Assembly: GCF_009914755.1 (NCBI RefSeq)
Contig: NC_060946.1
Length of the DNA: 64,000 nucleotides
Source: the human T2T-CHM13v2.0 reference genome, Homo sapiens
Strand: one strand, 5' to 3'
Shown: piece by piece, positions 1 through 19,379 of the stretch
How the letters are laid out: each line of letters starts with the position of its first letter
Numbering within the stretch: the stretch's first letter is position 1
The notes under the pieces: model-generated
What the model was told of the DNA's origin: nothing
The model's input: only the letters and a program-made list of their open reading frames with translations
The model's database searches: none
Program-made: the position numbers and the translations under genes

Positions 1-1659
1 ATGTACCTTGTTAACAATATGTTTGCAGGCAGTATGTTTGGTAAAAGTCATCGCCATTCTCCATTCTCGATTAACCAGGGGCTCAATGCACTGTGGAAAG
101 CCACAGGAACCTCTGCCCAAGAAAGCCTGGCTGTTGTGGGAAGTCAGGGACCCCGAATGGAGGGACCAGCTGGTGCTGCATCAGGAAACATAAATTGTGA
201 AGATTTCTTGGACATTTATCAGTTTCCAAAATTAATACTTTTATAATTTCTTACACCTGTCTTACTTTAATCTCTTAATCCTGTTATCTTTGTAAGCTGA
301 GGATATACGTCACCTCAGGACCACTATTGTACAAATTGATTGTAAAACATGTTCACATGTGTTTGAACAATATGAAATCAGTGCACCTTGAAAATGAACA
401 GAATAACAGTGATTTTAGGGAACAAAGGAAGACAACCATAAGGTCTGACTGCCTGAGGGGTCGGGCAAAAAGCCATATTTTTCTTCTTGCAGAGAGCCTA
501 TAAATGGACGTGCAAGTAGGAGAGATATTGCTAAATTCTTTTCCTAGCAAGGAATATAATACTAAGACCCTAGGGAAAGAATTGCATTCCTGGGGGGAGG
601 TCTATAAACGGCCGCTCTGGGAGTGTCTGTCCTATGTGGTTGAGATAAGGACTGAGATACGCCCTGGTCTCCTGCAGTACCCTCAGGCTTACTAGGATTG
701 GGAAACCCCAGTCCTGGTAAATTTGAGGTCAGGCCGGTTCTTTGCTCTGAACCCTGTTTTCTGTTAAGATGTTTATCAAGACAATACATGCACCGCTGAA
801 CATAGACCCTTATCAGGAGTTTCTGATTTTGCTCTGGTCCTGTTTCTTCAGAAGCATGTCATCTTTGCTCTGCCTTCTGCCCTTTGAAGCATGTGATCTT
901 TGTGACCTACTCCCTGTTCATACACCCCTCCCCTTTTAAAATCCCTAATAAAAACTTGCTGGTTTTGTGGCTCAGGGGGGCATCATGGACCTACCAATAC
1001 GTGATGTCACCCCCGGTGGCCCAGCTGTAAAATTCCTTTCTTTATACTCTTATTTCTCAGACCAGCTGACACTTAGGGAAAATAGAAAGAACCTATGTTG
1101 AAATATTGGAGGCGGGTTCCCCCGATACCTGGGTATTGTCCAAGGTTTCCTTTGCTGAGGAGGATTAGTAAAAGGAATGCCTCCATCTCCTGCATGTCCC
1201 TGGGAACAGAATGTTCCCACCAACCACCCTGTGGCTGGAGGCGGGATATGCTGGCAGCAATGCTGCTCTATTACTCTTTGCTACACTGAGATGTTTGGGT
1301 GGAGAGAAGCATAAATCTGGCCTATGTGCACATCTGGGCACAGCACCTTCCTTTGAACTTATTTGTGACACAGATTCCTTTGCTCACGTTTTCCTGTTGA
1401 CTTTCTCACCACTCACCCTATTCTCCTGTGGCATTCGCCTTGCGGAGATAGTGAAAATAGTAATAAATACTGAGGGAACTCAGACTGAGGGAACTCAGAC
1501 TGGGCAGACCGGGGCCAGTGTGGGTCCTCCATATGCTGAGCGCCGGTTCCCTGGGCCCACTGTTCTTTCTCTATACTTTGTCTCTGTGCCTTATTTTCTC
1601 AGTCTCTCATTCCACCTGATGAGAAATACCCACAGGTGTGGAGGGGCTGGCCCCCTTCA
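1..1659 (+). mobile_element. HERV-K(HML-2) LTR5B-type LTR (5' part outside window), split by a MER11 insertion; probably the 3' LTR of the 22q11.23/PCAT14 provirus
   Basis: LTR5 sequence GGAAAGCCACAGGAACCTCTGCCCAAGAAAGCCTGG (95-130) resumes as CCTGGGTATTGTCCAAGGTTTC at 1128. AATAAA at 1462. Ends in the LTR5B-like terminus CCCACAGGTGTGGAGGGGCTGGCCCCCTTCA (1659). The PCAT14 link is from memory of the locus. Confidence 0.85.
132..1127 (+). mobile_element. MER11-family (HERV-K11/HML-8) solo LTR nested in the LTR5
   Basis: Begins TGTTGTGGGAAGTCAGGGACCCCGAATGGAGGGACC and ends GGTTCCCCCGATA, matching MER11 termini. AATAAA at 947. Flanked by a 6-bp target-site duplication (TSD) CCTGGC (126-131) / CCTGGG (1128-1133). 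Confidence 0.88.
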
Positions 1660-3179
1660 GTTTGATTTCCCCCCGACTTCCAAATAAGTTGAAATTATAC
1701 ACTAAGCATCTATTTAATTAAGTTTTCCAGGGTGTGGATAATAAGAGACACGACTGGAATGGGGTGGGCAGTCCCATCCCTGCTCTTGCCTGTTGGAATT
1801 CTCAGCCCTCAGGCCACAAAATATGGCAAGTTGTAATGTAGGGGACGGAAGCCATGGGCGAGCCAGCCAGAGCTATCACTCCAGGATGCCAGGTGGGCAA
1901 GGGGGACCCCAGGCAGCTCTGCCTCACAGAGGAGGTTCAGATGAACCTCAGGGAGCCTGCCACCCTCTCTGGGGCCTCAGAAGCAGACAGGAGGAGTTAA
2001 AGAAGGGCCCTGCCCTGGCTATAGCATCAAAGGACTTTGGGGCAGGATCACCTGGGGGCTGTTGGCCACAATCAAATGACAGACTGGCAGTTCCCTTGAC
2101 ACACAGCCCCTGCTTCAGATCCTTGATACTTCAATCTCACATCCTGAGAGTGTGGGCCACCGCAGGGAGAGGCCTGCCGCTGGCTGGTGGTTCTCCAGGC
2201 CTGCTGGGAAAGGCTGTCCACATGGCTGGCTCCCTCCTGAGGAGGAGAGGCCTCTGTGTTCTTGTCCACCCGAATGGGGCTCAGACTGTCTAATCAAACC
2301 AGAGCCCGCAGTTTGTGATTGCACACATCATGAACCGAAGGAACTTTCTCACCCAGGGCAGGCCTGCACATGGGGTAGGGGGCAGGCCCTGGTTCTACCT
2401 GAGCAAGGAAGAGAACTGTCAGAGTGGCCCCTCTGGTGTTTGAAAGCAGCTGCCATGGCATGAGCCACTCTCTGCCCCCTTGCCCGGCCCTCACTGCATG
2501 TCCTCAGCCAATGGCCTCCCAGCCCCAATGCCACTAAACGGCTCTTACAGAAATCCCCAACAGAAATCCCCAACTGCTGCTGGGGGGCCAAATCCAAGTG
2601 ACCCATTTCCTTCTTCTCCCTTTGATCCCTGTCACGTTGGTTCCCACCCTCCCCTGGTTTTCCCCTGGCCTCCAGACCCCCAGCGCTGATGCCCCTCTTC
2701 CCGGCCCCCTGACTGCCTTGACCCTGGGCCCAGCCAATACAGATTCATGATCATTTCCCCCCTCCTCCCTTCTGACTTGGGTCACCCATGGGGCCCTTTC
2801 CCTGACCATCCCAAGGGGCCCTGAATCAGGACTGATCACATTGCTCAGCAGATGCTGAGTCCCCGAGGGCAGCCCCAGCATCTCACTCCTCACACACGTC
2901 CCCAAGGCTGAGTTTAGAACATGGGATGCAATCATCGAGTGCACATTTATTAAGCACCGACTGTGTGTCAGGACGTGTCCTAAGTTTTCTGTATGTATTA
3001 AGAGTACTCATTTTAATCCATCTGCATATCCTCCTGTCTGTCCTCCCGCCCAAGAAAACTGAGGATCAGAGGGGTTACAAAACTTATGCAAGATGACACT
3101 AGTATCGTATGGAATAGCTGGGATTTGAGTCCTAGTCTGGTCTGTTGCCATAGCACATGGGCATAACTGTGAAACAGCC

Positions 3180-6100
3180 TCTCATCCACTCCTCCTGCCC
3201 ATCCACCCACCCATTCTCCCATCCATACTTCATCTATCCTACCATTCATCCTCCCAATCCATCCTCCATTCATCCTATCATCCATCCTTCATTCATGCTC
3301 CCTTCCATCCTCCCATTCATCCTCCCATCCATCTTTCCATCTTTCCATCCATCCTTCAACCGTCCCCCTGTCCATCATCCAACTACCCATCCATCATCCA
3401 TCTACCCATCCATCCTCCATCCATTCTCCTATTCATCCCCCCACTCATCCTCCATCCATCTTTCCATTCATCCCCTCGGTCATCCTCCATTCATTCCTCA
3501 TCCAACCTCCATCCATCTTCCACTCATACCCCATGAATCCTCCCATCTATTTTCCCATCTATCCTCCATCGACCTTCCCATTTCATCCTCCCATCCATCT
3601 TTCCATCCATCCTCCATCCATCCTCCCAACCATATTTCCATACATTCTGTATTCATCCTCCCAATCATTCCCAATCCTTCCTCCCATCCATCCTCCCACT
3701 TATCCTTCATTCATCCTCTCATCCATCTTTCCAGCCATCCTCCCATTCATTCTTCATTCTCCCATACATCCTCTTATCCATCTTCTCATTCATCTTTCCA
3801 TCCATCCTCCTATTTATTCCTCTGTCCATCCTCCCTTCCATCCTCCCATTCTCTCGTCTATCCTTCATTCATCCTCCTTCCATCTTCTCATGCATCCTCC
3901 ATCCTTCCATCCATCTATCTTTCCATCAATTCTTCACCCGTCCTCCCATCCATCTTTTCATGCGTTCACCCATCCATCCTTCATTCATCATCCCATCCAT
4001 CTTTTCATCCATCTTCCCATCCATCCTCCCATTTATTATCCCATGTATCCTTTATCCATTCTCCCACCTATTCTTTATTTATTCTCCCATCCATCCTCCT
4101 ATTCATCTTTCCATCCATCCACCCTTCCATCCTCCCATTCATCCTCCCATTCATTCCCCCTTATATCCTTTGTCTATTCTCCCATCCATCCACGCTTCAT
4201 CTTTCCATCTTTCCACCCATCCACCTTTCTATCCATCTTCTATCTATCCTCCCATCCATCTTTCCATCCATACTCCCATCCATTCTTCATTCTCCCATCC
4301 ATCTTTTTATCCATCCTTCACCTGTCCTCCCATCTGTCCTCCATCCATCTATCATCCTATCCATCCTCCCATCCATCCATCTTCTCATCTATCCATTCTC
4401 CCTCCATTATCCCATCCATCTTCCATCCTTCATTCATCCTCCCATCCATCCTCCAATCATCCTCCCAACCATCCTTCCATCCATCCCCCCATCCATTATC
4501 CATCCACCATCCATCCTCTCATCCATCCTTCATTCATCTTCTATCCATCTTTCCATTTATCCTTCAACCACCCTCTCATCCATTCTCCCATCCATACCCC
4601 ATTCATCTTTTCACCCATCCTCCCAGCCATCCTCCATCCACACTTCATCCATCCTTCATTCCTCCTCTCATCCATCCTTCCATTCTCTTATCCATCTTCC
4701 ATTTATTCCTCTGTTCACCCTGCCATTTATCCTCCCATTCACTCTCCAATCTATCCTCCATCCATTCTCCATCCATTCTCCCATCCATTTTTCCATCCAT
4801 CCTCCAATTCATTCCTCTGTCTATCCCCATCCATCATCACCATCCTCCCATCCATTCTCCCTTTTGTTCTCCATCTATCTTTCCATCCATCCTTCCAGCA
4901 ATCCTCCATCCATCCTTCATCCATCTTCTGTTCATCCTCCATTCATTCTCTTTCCACTTTCCCATCCATCCTCCCTCCATTCTCTATCCATCCTCTCATC
5001 CATTTTTTCCTTCCATCCTCCATCCATTCTCCCATCCTTTTGTCGATCCTCCCATGCATCCTCCCATCCATCTTTCATTTCATCCTTCAACCACCCTCCC
5101 ATTCATCCTCTACTCATCTTTTCATCCATCCTCCCAGCCATTCTCCATCCATCTTTCATCCATCCTCCATCCATCTTCCATTCATCCACCCATCCACCCT
5201 CCCATCAATCCTCCCATCTTTCTTTCCATTCATCTTTCCTCTATTTCTCTGTCCACCCTCTATCCATCCTCCCATCCACCCTACCGTCTATCTTCCATCC
5301 ATTCTCCATTTATCTTCCCATCCATTCTCCCTCCATCTTATTCTTCATTCATCCTCCCATCCATCTTTTTCATCCATCCTCCCATTCATTCCTCTGTCTA
5401 TCCTCTCCTGCATCTTCCCATCCATTTTCCCATCTATCCTTCATTCATCCCGTCATCCATCCTCTTATTCATCTTTACATCCATCCTCCCATCCATCTTT
5501 TCATCCATCCTCCCATTCATTCCTCTGTCTATCCTCCCATGCATTCTACCATCCATTTTCTCATCTATCCTTCATTCATCCTGTCATCCATCCTCCCATC
5601 CATCTTTCCATCCATCCACCCATCCATCCTTCATTCATCCTCCCATTCATTTTTCCATCCATCCTCCCATTCATCCATTCTCCCTCTATCCTCCCATCCA
5701 TCCTTTCATCCATCCTTTCGTCAATTTTCTCATCAATGCTCCCATCCATCTTTCCATTTATCTTCCATCCATTCCTCTGTCCACCCTCTCATCCATTCTC
5801 CCATCAATCTTCCATTCATTCTCCATCCATCCTCTCTTCTACCTCCCTCCACCTTCCCATCTATCCTCCATCTATCCTCCCATCCATCCTCCCATCCATC
5901 TTTCCATCCATTCTCCTATCCATTCTTCTGTCCATCCTCCCATGCATCCTCCCATCCATTTTCCCATCTATCCTTCATCTTTCCTCCCACCCATCCTCCC
6001 ATCCATCTTTCTATCCATCCACCCATTCATCTTTCATTCATCCTTGCATCCATTTTTCCATCCATCCTTCAGCCATCTTCCCATCCATCTTCTCATCAAT

Positions 6101-6280
6101 CCTCTCATCCATCTTTCCATCCATTCTCCCCCATCCTCCCATCCATCCTTTCATCCATCCTCCCATCCACCCTTGCAACAATTTTTCCATCCATCCTCCC
6201 ATCCACCTTCCCATCAATCTCCCTTCAGTCTCCATTCATTCTCCTCTATTCCTTGTTCATTCTCTTATCCTCCCATGCCC
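3180..6280. repeat. ~3.1-kb degenerate (TCCA/CCAT)n low-complexity tandem repeat
   Basis: Continuous CCAT/TCCA/TTCA/CTCC motifs, with almost no G on the + strand. Confidence 0.95.
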
Positions 6281-7886
6281 CAAGCCCTCACTCAGGCTTT
6301 GTCATGCCTCTAAGCCTTAATATAGGCTGTTCTCTCAGCCAGGCCTGCTTTTTCTCCTCTTTGTTGGCCCAGGGACTCACACCTGTGTGGGACCTGCCCT
6401 GATACACTCCACACCCTCTCCTCCTGCACCTGGCCCTGCCTCTGCAGTACCAACTTCTCAGTGTCCACCTCAGTGCCAGCCACAGATGGGGAGTTCTGGT
6501 GGCCTTGCTGGCCCATGACCTCATTGGGGCCTGCTCTCTTGTGGCTCACCCCAAAGCAGAGGGAGTAGAGCCACCTCAGGGACACACACGGTGGGCTGCG
6601 CCTTGGGAGAACACAACTAATTTTAACAATGGCCTTAGGGAAGAGACAAATCTGTCCCTTTATTCCCTCCTTAGAGAAAAATCTGTGTGTGCATGTGTAT
6701 ATGCACACATGATTCAGAGCATCAAACGCTGCTGTGACTCGGGTGTCACCAGCCTCATTTGCCCAGTGCTAGAGGGGACAAACACACGACCTCCAGCCAC
6801 AGGATAGTAGCTCTACATGCTGACTCTTGGCAAGCAGGGCCTGGTGTTTGTCCAGACGCCCAAACCCCTGGGGATGTCCTCACCTGGTTATGTGGTGCCC
6901 AGCAGTGTTTCAGTGAACCTTAACCAACCTTGGAGGGCTGCTGGGCAGAGTGGGAGAGCAAGTGTCTGGCTCCTGGTGAGTGGGTGCCCTTGTGCCAGCT
7001 AATGACCCCCATGGCCTTCAGCTGCTTTCCTGTCGACTGGGGAGGGGGTGCTCCCAGGCTGCTGTGAGGAGGTGGCCAGAAGAGCGGGAACAGTCCTATG
7101 TGTTTCCTTCTCTCCAGAGAGCCTGACCAGGGCTGATGAATTAGGGTGCATGGCCCAATTCACTGTCCATGGATCCACCTTGGATTTGGGGTCCCTGTGG
7201 GGATGTGAAGCTTCGGAAACTCCTCTGTCCCCCCACCTTCCTTTTCCCTTCCAAGACAGGATCTGGACTCTTGAAATTCTGCACACTAATAAAATTGTAA
7301 CTAATTTACATCCAAGATGCGGAGTGAGTGGCAGCGGTTGTCATGGAGACCATCTCCAGGGCCCCGCTGCCTTCGCCTTTCGGTGCAGCCGAGAGTTCAA
7401 GAGATTCTCGCCGAGTGCTGCAGCTGGGGCCAGTCCTCATGCCTCCCGGGCACCCTGCCCTGCTCCCCCCATGCTGGGCAGGCCCTTGGGGGATGGAATG
7501 GAGGCAGCCCCCCTTGGAAAGGCCCCAAGTTCTGCCGATGGTGTTCTGAAGGTCAAAGTCCCTCTCTCCTGACTGTACATCTGCCCCCAGCACTGCCCAT
7601 TCACCCTGTGGGCCCCACTGGCTCCGTTCACTCCAGATGGAAGCCCCCTCGAGGGACATGAGGCCCTATCCCCACAGCACAGCCAGCAAAGGCACTCAGA
7701 GTGGGGACAGTTTCCAGGGAAGGGGCAGAGCAGCAGAGCCCAAGCCACCCACAGACCTGTCCACCTGGGGTCCACCCTGGGAAATGCCCCACCCTGGACT
7801 CCATGAATCCCAAGATGGAGAAAATGCCCTCCGTGGCCTCACAGAGCTTGCCTGCCCACAGGAAAGACGTTGAAATAACCAGTACT

Positions 7887-8403
<517 letters not shown>

Positions 8404-11202
8404 CTAAAACCGTCATGGAAAAGCTGATAAGCTGCCTGCAGAGAAGAAGCAGGATGAAATAATTATAACAAAGCAGGGTCGATGCAGTCAGAGAAGGGGG
8501 TGAGGGCACAAAGGGGCCCTCAGAATCATGAAATCTAAGTTGGGTTTTGAGGGATGAATAGGAGTTCCCCAAGGAGATACATGGAAGAAGAATGTTCTAG
8601 GCAGAGGGAACATGTGCAAAGGCACGGAGACGAGAATGTGCCCAGAACATTCAAATACCATAGGCTGGGTGCTGGGGGGTGATGCGGAGGAGGGAGGCGT
8701 TCAGTTGGAGCCGAAGAGGGAGCCAGGCTCCAAGGGGCTTCACTCACCAAGCTGAGCGCCCTGCACCTTATCCTGTAGGTGAGAGATTAAAGAGCTGGGT
8801 CCAAGCAGGCCCACCCCTGACATCTGTGGGCCCTGGAGCAAGAGCAGAAATGAAGGTCCAGGTAGCAAAGGTCTAGGTGTTCCCAAGTGAGAGAAGCAGC
8901 CAGGACGCTGCTGGCTGAAGGGCTCTTCTGTCCTCCTTCCCTCAGAAATGCCTTCACGGGCCTGGGGAGGCCAGGCTCTCATTTATATTCTTGTCTCTTC
9001 AGAGTTTTCCACCAGAACGTGAACTGGACCGGGGGCCACAGTCCCCCAGTCTGAAGGGAGACTCATGAAATGCAGATTCCTGGGCCCTGCGGCAGACCCA
9101 GGAGACCATGCTCCCGATGAAGATAAGGCGCTATATCTTTAAGAGGTTCCCCAGGTGATAATTATGCATGAAAGTCTAGAGAAGCCCCCCACCCCCTGCT
9201 GAAAGTAGCAGGAGTCCGGGGGTGGGGGTGGGGGGTACGTACAAGCAGATTTGTGTTCTAGAAATGGATCCCCAGCTATTGGGCAAATGTGGGCAGGGAG
9301 GAGAGCTGGGAGGGGCAGAGAGGCCTGGCAGCACCTAGGTTGGAGAGGGTGGCGGTCTGGTGCCAAGGCAGGATGGTTGGGTGGGGTGTGATACGCGGTG
9401 GGGGTGGTGGAGGGGGAAGGTTGTGTCAGCAGAGGCTGAGTTTGAAATTCACGATGGACAGGGCCTGGTGCTGATGAGGCTTGAAGGTGAGCAGGGATCC
9501 AGGGCAGCTCCTTTGGGATCATAAAATCTAATCAGACTGCAGGAGGCCTGGGCCCTGGGCCTCCATTAGGCAAGTACCCACTCCCCTCTGCTGATCTGGG
9601 CATCCCTGGGGCCCCTTCACTGTCACACTGAGGGTCTGAGTGGGGAAGAATTAAAAGCCCACCTCTGTCCCCGCCTACCACGATCCCCTACAGGAGCCTG
9701 CAGCCCTGCTGGGGAGACTGGAGGAGCAGCTGGGAGCAGCAGGCCACCAGGAGGGAAAGGTGGGCATGCCTCGGGGGTGGGAGGGTGGAGTGGCCAGGAG
9801 GGGAGGCTTCCCACTGGAGGAGGACTTTGAACCCTCTCACTTTCCATACACAGTTCCAGAAATCATCTTGATAATAAAAATAATAGCCGTGAAAATGACA
9901 GCAGCAACTATTGCCCTTAATCGAGCATATTTTTGTGCCAGACACTGAGCATGCAGCAAGGAAGTGGCAGAGTGGGCTGTCAGATCCTGAGCCATGGGCT
10001 GGAACCAGCTTTCCCTGTGCCAAGCAGAGAGGGGCTTAAAACTCAACTCCTACCCTTGGAACATTCACAAGCTGTTTGGCCATGAGACTGCTGGAGATGC
10101 CTCTCTAGGAGCATCTAGAAGGCTCTAGAAGGTCCATGCCTCTCTAGAAGGCTACGCTGGCAAACACTAGCTGTTGAGACCATGGAGGACTAGACTGTAT
10201 TTATCAGCTGCAGGAGTTCAGAAGAGGGAGAGCTCATGGGAGCTGCTGGGAAAGGCATGACTTGAGCTGAATGCTGAAACAGCGGCCGCATTTGAAGAAG
10301 GGAGAGGAGGTGGAGAGGGGATCCTGGAAGGAGGCTCCAGCCTCGGCAATGGTGTGGGGGTGAGAATGCAGAAGGAGTTTCAAGAAGGTCAAACAGCTGC
10401 AGGGGCTGGCGAGTCACTGGAGGCAGGGATGGACACAGATCAGCCCAGGCCTGGTGCGTGTCCTCCTGCTTATTTCTATACCTCCAGGAGAGTATGACAC
10501 CAGGACATCAAGGCGTCCACCCTTGTCAGGCCTGGGATGGTGCCGCACTGTTGGGGATGGGTTTGTGAGTTCCCAAGAAGAGCCACCCAGTAAGGGCCTC
10601 ATCATGAAGGGGAGTGAGCTGAGGCTCTTGGGAAAATGGAGGCCTCAGATCTCCCCACAATCTTGGGAGAAAGGCTCCCATACCCCACACCCACCTTGAC
10701 CAAGGGCCCAAAACCAGACGGGCAACAATGCAGGTCCAGAGTCATCAGCTTGGCCTGACTGTCCCCTGTCTGCCTCCAGCAGAGGTGAGTACCTTGGGTC
10801 CAAACCCTTCTGCCCCATTTACTGTGTGACCCCAGAGAAGTTCCTTAACCTCTCTGAACTGAATTTTCTCACTCATAGAGCGAGGATAAAAACTCCAGCC
10901 TCCAAAAGCGTATTGATTTGTTTTAGGATTAAATGGGATGAAGCTAAGAACTCACTTAATGGGGATTGCAGTGCAGACATCATGCTTAAAAAATGTTACT
11001 TCCCTCCTTTCCACCCTTAAACTCGGGGACAGGTCAGCTGTGACCACAGAAGGTGCCCACTTGACTTGTCCCTTGAGCTTCCACAATCCTCACTGCTTCT
11101 GCATCATCCAACAGTGGGGCCAGGCTGAGAATCCCGCCTGATACAGACCCGGTTGCTGTCTGTCTTTACATTTTACATTTAAATCTATGATCCATTACCA
11201 GC

Positions 11203-11247
<45 letters not shown>

Positions 11248-11538
11248 TTTGAGACAGGATCTCGCTCTGTTGCCCAGGCTGAAATGCAGTGGCACAATCA
11301 CAGATCACTGCAGCCTCAACCCCCTCCCAGGCTCAGGCAGTCCTCCCACCTCAGGATTAACTAAATAACTGGGACTACAGGCATGCACCACCACACCCGG
11401 TTAATGTTTGTAATTTTTGTAGCAATGGAGTCTTGCTTCGTTGCCCAGGCTGGTCTCTAACTCCTGGGCTCAAGAGATCTGCCCAACTTGACCTTCAAAA
11501 GTGCTAGGGTTACAGGCGTGAGCCACCATCTCCAGCCT
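11203..11538 (-). mobile_element. AluJ-type SINE with (ATT)n microsatellite tail
   Basis: Reverse Alu preceded by (ATT)n at about 11203-11245. Confidence 0.88.
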
Positions 11539-11653
11539 GCTGGTTAATTATTATTATTTTTTGTCCCTTCTCTAGTCTGAAAGGAGCAAGTTAATTTTGT
11601 TATAAGATATAAGGTTTAGGTTGAGGTTCATTTTTTAAAAAGTAGATGTCCAA

Positions 11654-12291
<638 letters not shown>

Positions 12292-12419
12292 TCATCATTT
12301 GTTGAAACATCATATGTTTAAAAAAATTTTCTTTATTCATTGATTACTGCACAGTCTTGACTTCCCTCATTTCGCCAGCCTTGCTATCAGATCCTTTGTG
12401 CTTTTCATTTCTTCATTTA

Positions 12420-14820
<2,401 letters not shown>

Positions 14821-14833
14821 ATAATGATGTAGC

Positions 14834-15263
<430 letters not shown>

Positions 15264-15761
15264 TCAGCCTGGCAAATGGAGGACTGGCTGAATTGCAGCT
15301 CCACTTGTGCAGTGAGCAACCTACACGACTGTCCATGTTGGGTCCTGGAGCCCCCATCTTTTCTTCTCAGGTTCTGTTATTCCTCAATGGATGGAGTTTT
15401 GACAAGCAGTGCCCAGGGAGTAGGGATGAGGTGGCCTGTGCATTAGACTGGACTAACCTGGCCAAGGCTTCTTGCTAATGGCAGCAAATGCACTTAGTGC
15501 TGAGGTTGCAGGCTGGTGCTTTGGGGACCTGGAGCTTAATGGCTCACCTGCCAGGGAGGAAGAAGGATGGTCGGACAGCCAGACGCATAGCCAGGATCAG
15601 ATGGATGGAGGGAGCAGGAGGACTTGCCCCAGCCTGGAAACCCCCCTTCCTCCGAGAAGTGGGGGTGGAGAGTGAGGGGATGTGCAGGAAGGACGCTGCC
15701 AAGGAGACTGGCTTTGCCTGAGCCTGTCCCATGGCACATTTTGTCTGCTGATTAATGGTGA

Positions 15762-17035
<1,274 letters not shown>

Positions 17036-18202
17036 CAGTGGCACTTTTTGTTGAAGTGTGACACATACACAGAAATGCATCCCAGGTGTTCACTTCTGTG
17101 AACCTTTACAAAGGGAACTCATCTGTAATACCCATCTCCAAATCAAGAATAGAATATAGCGAGCTCCCCAGAAGCCAGGGAGGACCAGTTTTTACAGAAT
17201 GTAAGGCAGCCAACAGGGCAGCTTGTCCCTCTGCCATTTTCTGTGTCCTCTTGCAGCCAGCAAGGGGAGTCCAGAGGGGAAGAGGCTGGAGCAGCGACCC
17301 CCAGCACTGGCCTCCAGCCCTCCCGCCCTGCCTCTCCTCACCATCAGGCCAGCAGAGGGGCTACCCACCGCCTCCCCTGTCACCAAGGAGACCTTGTTCT
17401 GGATCCTGAGGACACATCTAGAATCCCATCTGGGGAGCCAGGAAAGCTGGGAGAGGGAGAACACAGAGCCCCTTTGAGCCACTTGTTGGACACCGCCCAA
17501 GGTCTCACAGCTTGGAAGGGAAGACTTGAACCCACGGCTGTCTCCACCAAAACCCACAGCCACTGCAGCAGTGCAGGTCATTATCTCCATTTTACAGAAT
17601 AGGAAACTGAGGCTTAGAGAGGCCAAGAACAAAGCCAGACCTCCAAAGCAGGACTTCTGCTTTGGGCGAACAGGAAGACACAGGCTTCCAGCCGAGGGGC
17701 CGGACTTGACCCTGTCCCTCTACGATCAAATGCCTTCTGTGTTCCCCCACCCTCAGGAAGGAGCATAACCTCCTTCACAGCACCCAAGCCCACCATGGCC
17801 TGGCCCTGCCGGCCTCACTGTCCTCACCTGTTCTCCAGCATTCTCTGCCTCCAGCACACCAGCCTTTCTCCGTTTCTGCCATGCTCAGAGTTCCTTTTGA
17901 GCTTGGGCCTTGGCTCATGTCGTTCCCCAGCAAAGGCTGCTCTTCCCTGCCCCTGCCACATCCTACCTTCAAATGTCGCTGACTCTGGGAGTCTTCCCTG
18001 GTGACCCACCCACCCCAGCACACTTATCCTGTCAGTCCCCTTGAATGCCCCCCAAGGTGTAAGTGCACGGCCATACAATGGTTTGCTTAATACGCATCTA
18101 GCTCCGAGAGAACTGGGACAGGGGCCTTCTTGTCCTCAGTTGTATCTGCTGTGCCCAGCACAGTCCTGGCACACAGTAGGTGCTGGATGAAGATGTGCTG
18201 AG

Positions 18203-18509
<307 letters not shown>

Positions 18510-19379
18510 GATGTTCTGAGACTCTGAGATGCATGAGGCTGTGGCTGGCAGGCAGAGGGGAGCCACAAGGAGCCTTGAGGGACATAAGACCCAATACCAT
18601 CTCCATAGGAGGCCTGGGGAGGGGCAGGGCCTTGCTCAAGGTCACACACCACCTAGTGGAGCCTCAGGATTGGAACTCAAATCCCCTGCTCTCCAGCCTG
18701 CAGCCTCCCTCCCAGATGCAGCCTAGTGCTGGGAAAGGAGAGGGTGGCAGGCTGGCTCTGAGCAAAAACCCTCTCCTTCTCCTGTTTGCGTCCCTCTCCT
18801 TTCCCTGCCTCTCCCCACTCTTCCTCTCCAACCAGGAGGCTGCCGAGCCAATGGCTCAGCGAGGGCTGGGGAGCCCTGACCTGACCCTCTCCTCCCTCCA
18901 CCCAGCCTCTGCGATCTGTATGCACCACTTTGCTAAGACCTCCCAAACCTCTACACCCTCGCAGGCTGACAGGGCTGCAGGTGCCAGCACTGACCTCCCT
19001 CTGCCCTCTGCTCCTGTCCCTCCCCTTCCGCAGGCACCGCCCCCACCACAACTCCGCCACCTCCAGCCGGGCTCTGGGGTCCTCCTGGGCCACCTGCTTA
19101 CTGTGTGTCCCTGGACACGGCGTCTCCCCTCGCTGAGTTACTTTCCTCATTTGTAAAACGGGGATATGACCCGTCTCTTAGAGTGACTGGGAAGATCGGT
19201 GGTATCAACGCAAACTACAGCCCGGCAGCTTCCAGGCAAACTCACTTCTCAGGACGCCTGTCCTGCTGTCTTCTCAAAGAGGTGGATGAAGCCACCACCA
19301 CCCGGTTTACAGATGAGGAAACTGAGGCTCAGGGAGATCTGGAAACCATTCCCGGCAGCTGGGCTCCGAACCCAGGCCT

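Noticed and set aside
1-1687. ORFs 1-246 and 1211-1687 as viral genes
   Set aside because: They lie wholly within LTR sequence and have no gag/pol/env motifs.
3157-6402. 1081-, 926- and 786-aa Pro/Ser/His/Ile-rich ORFs
   Set aside because: They overlap in all three frames of a G-poor simple repeat that rarely forms stop codons, so they are a compositional artefact.
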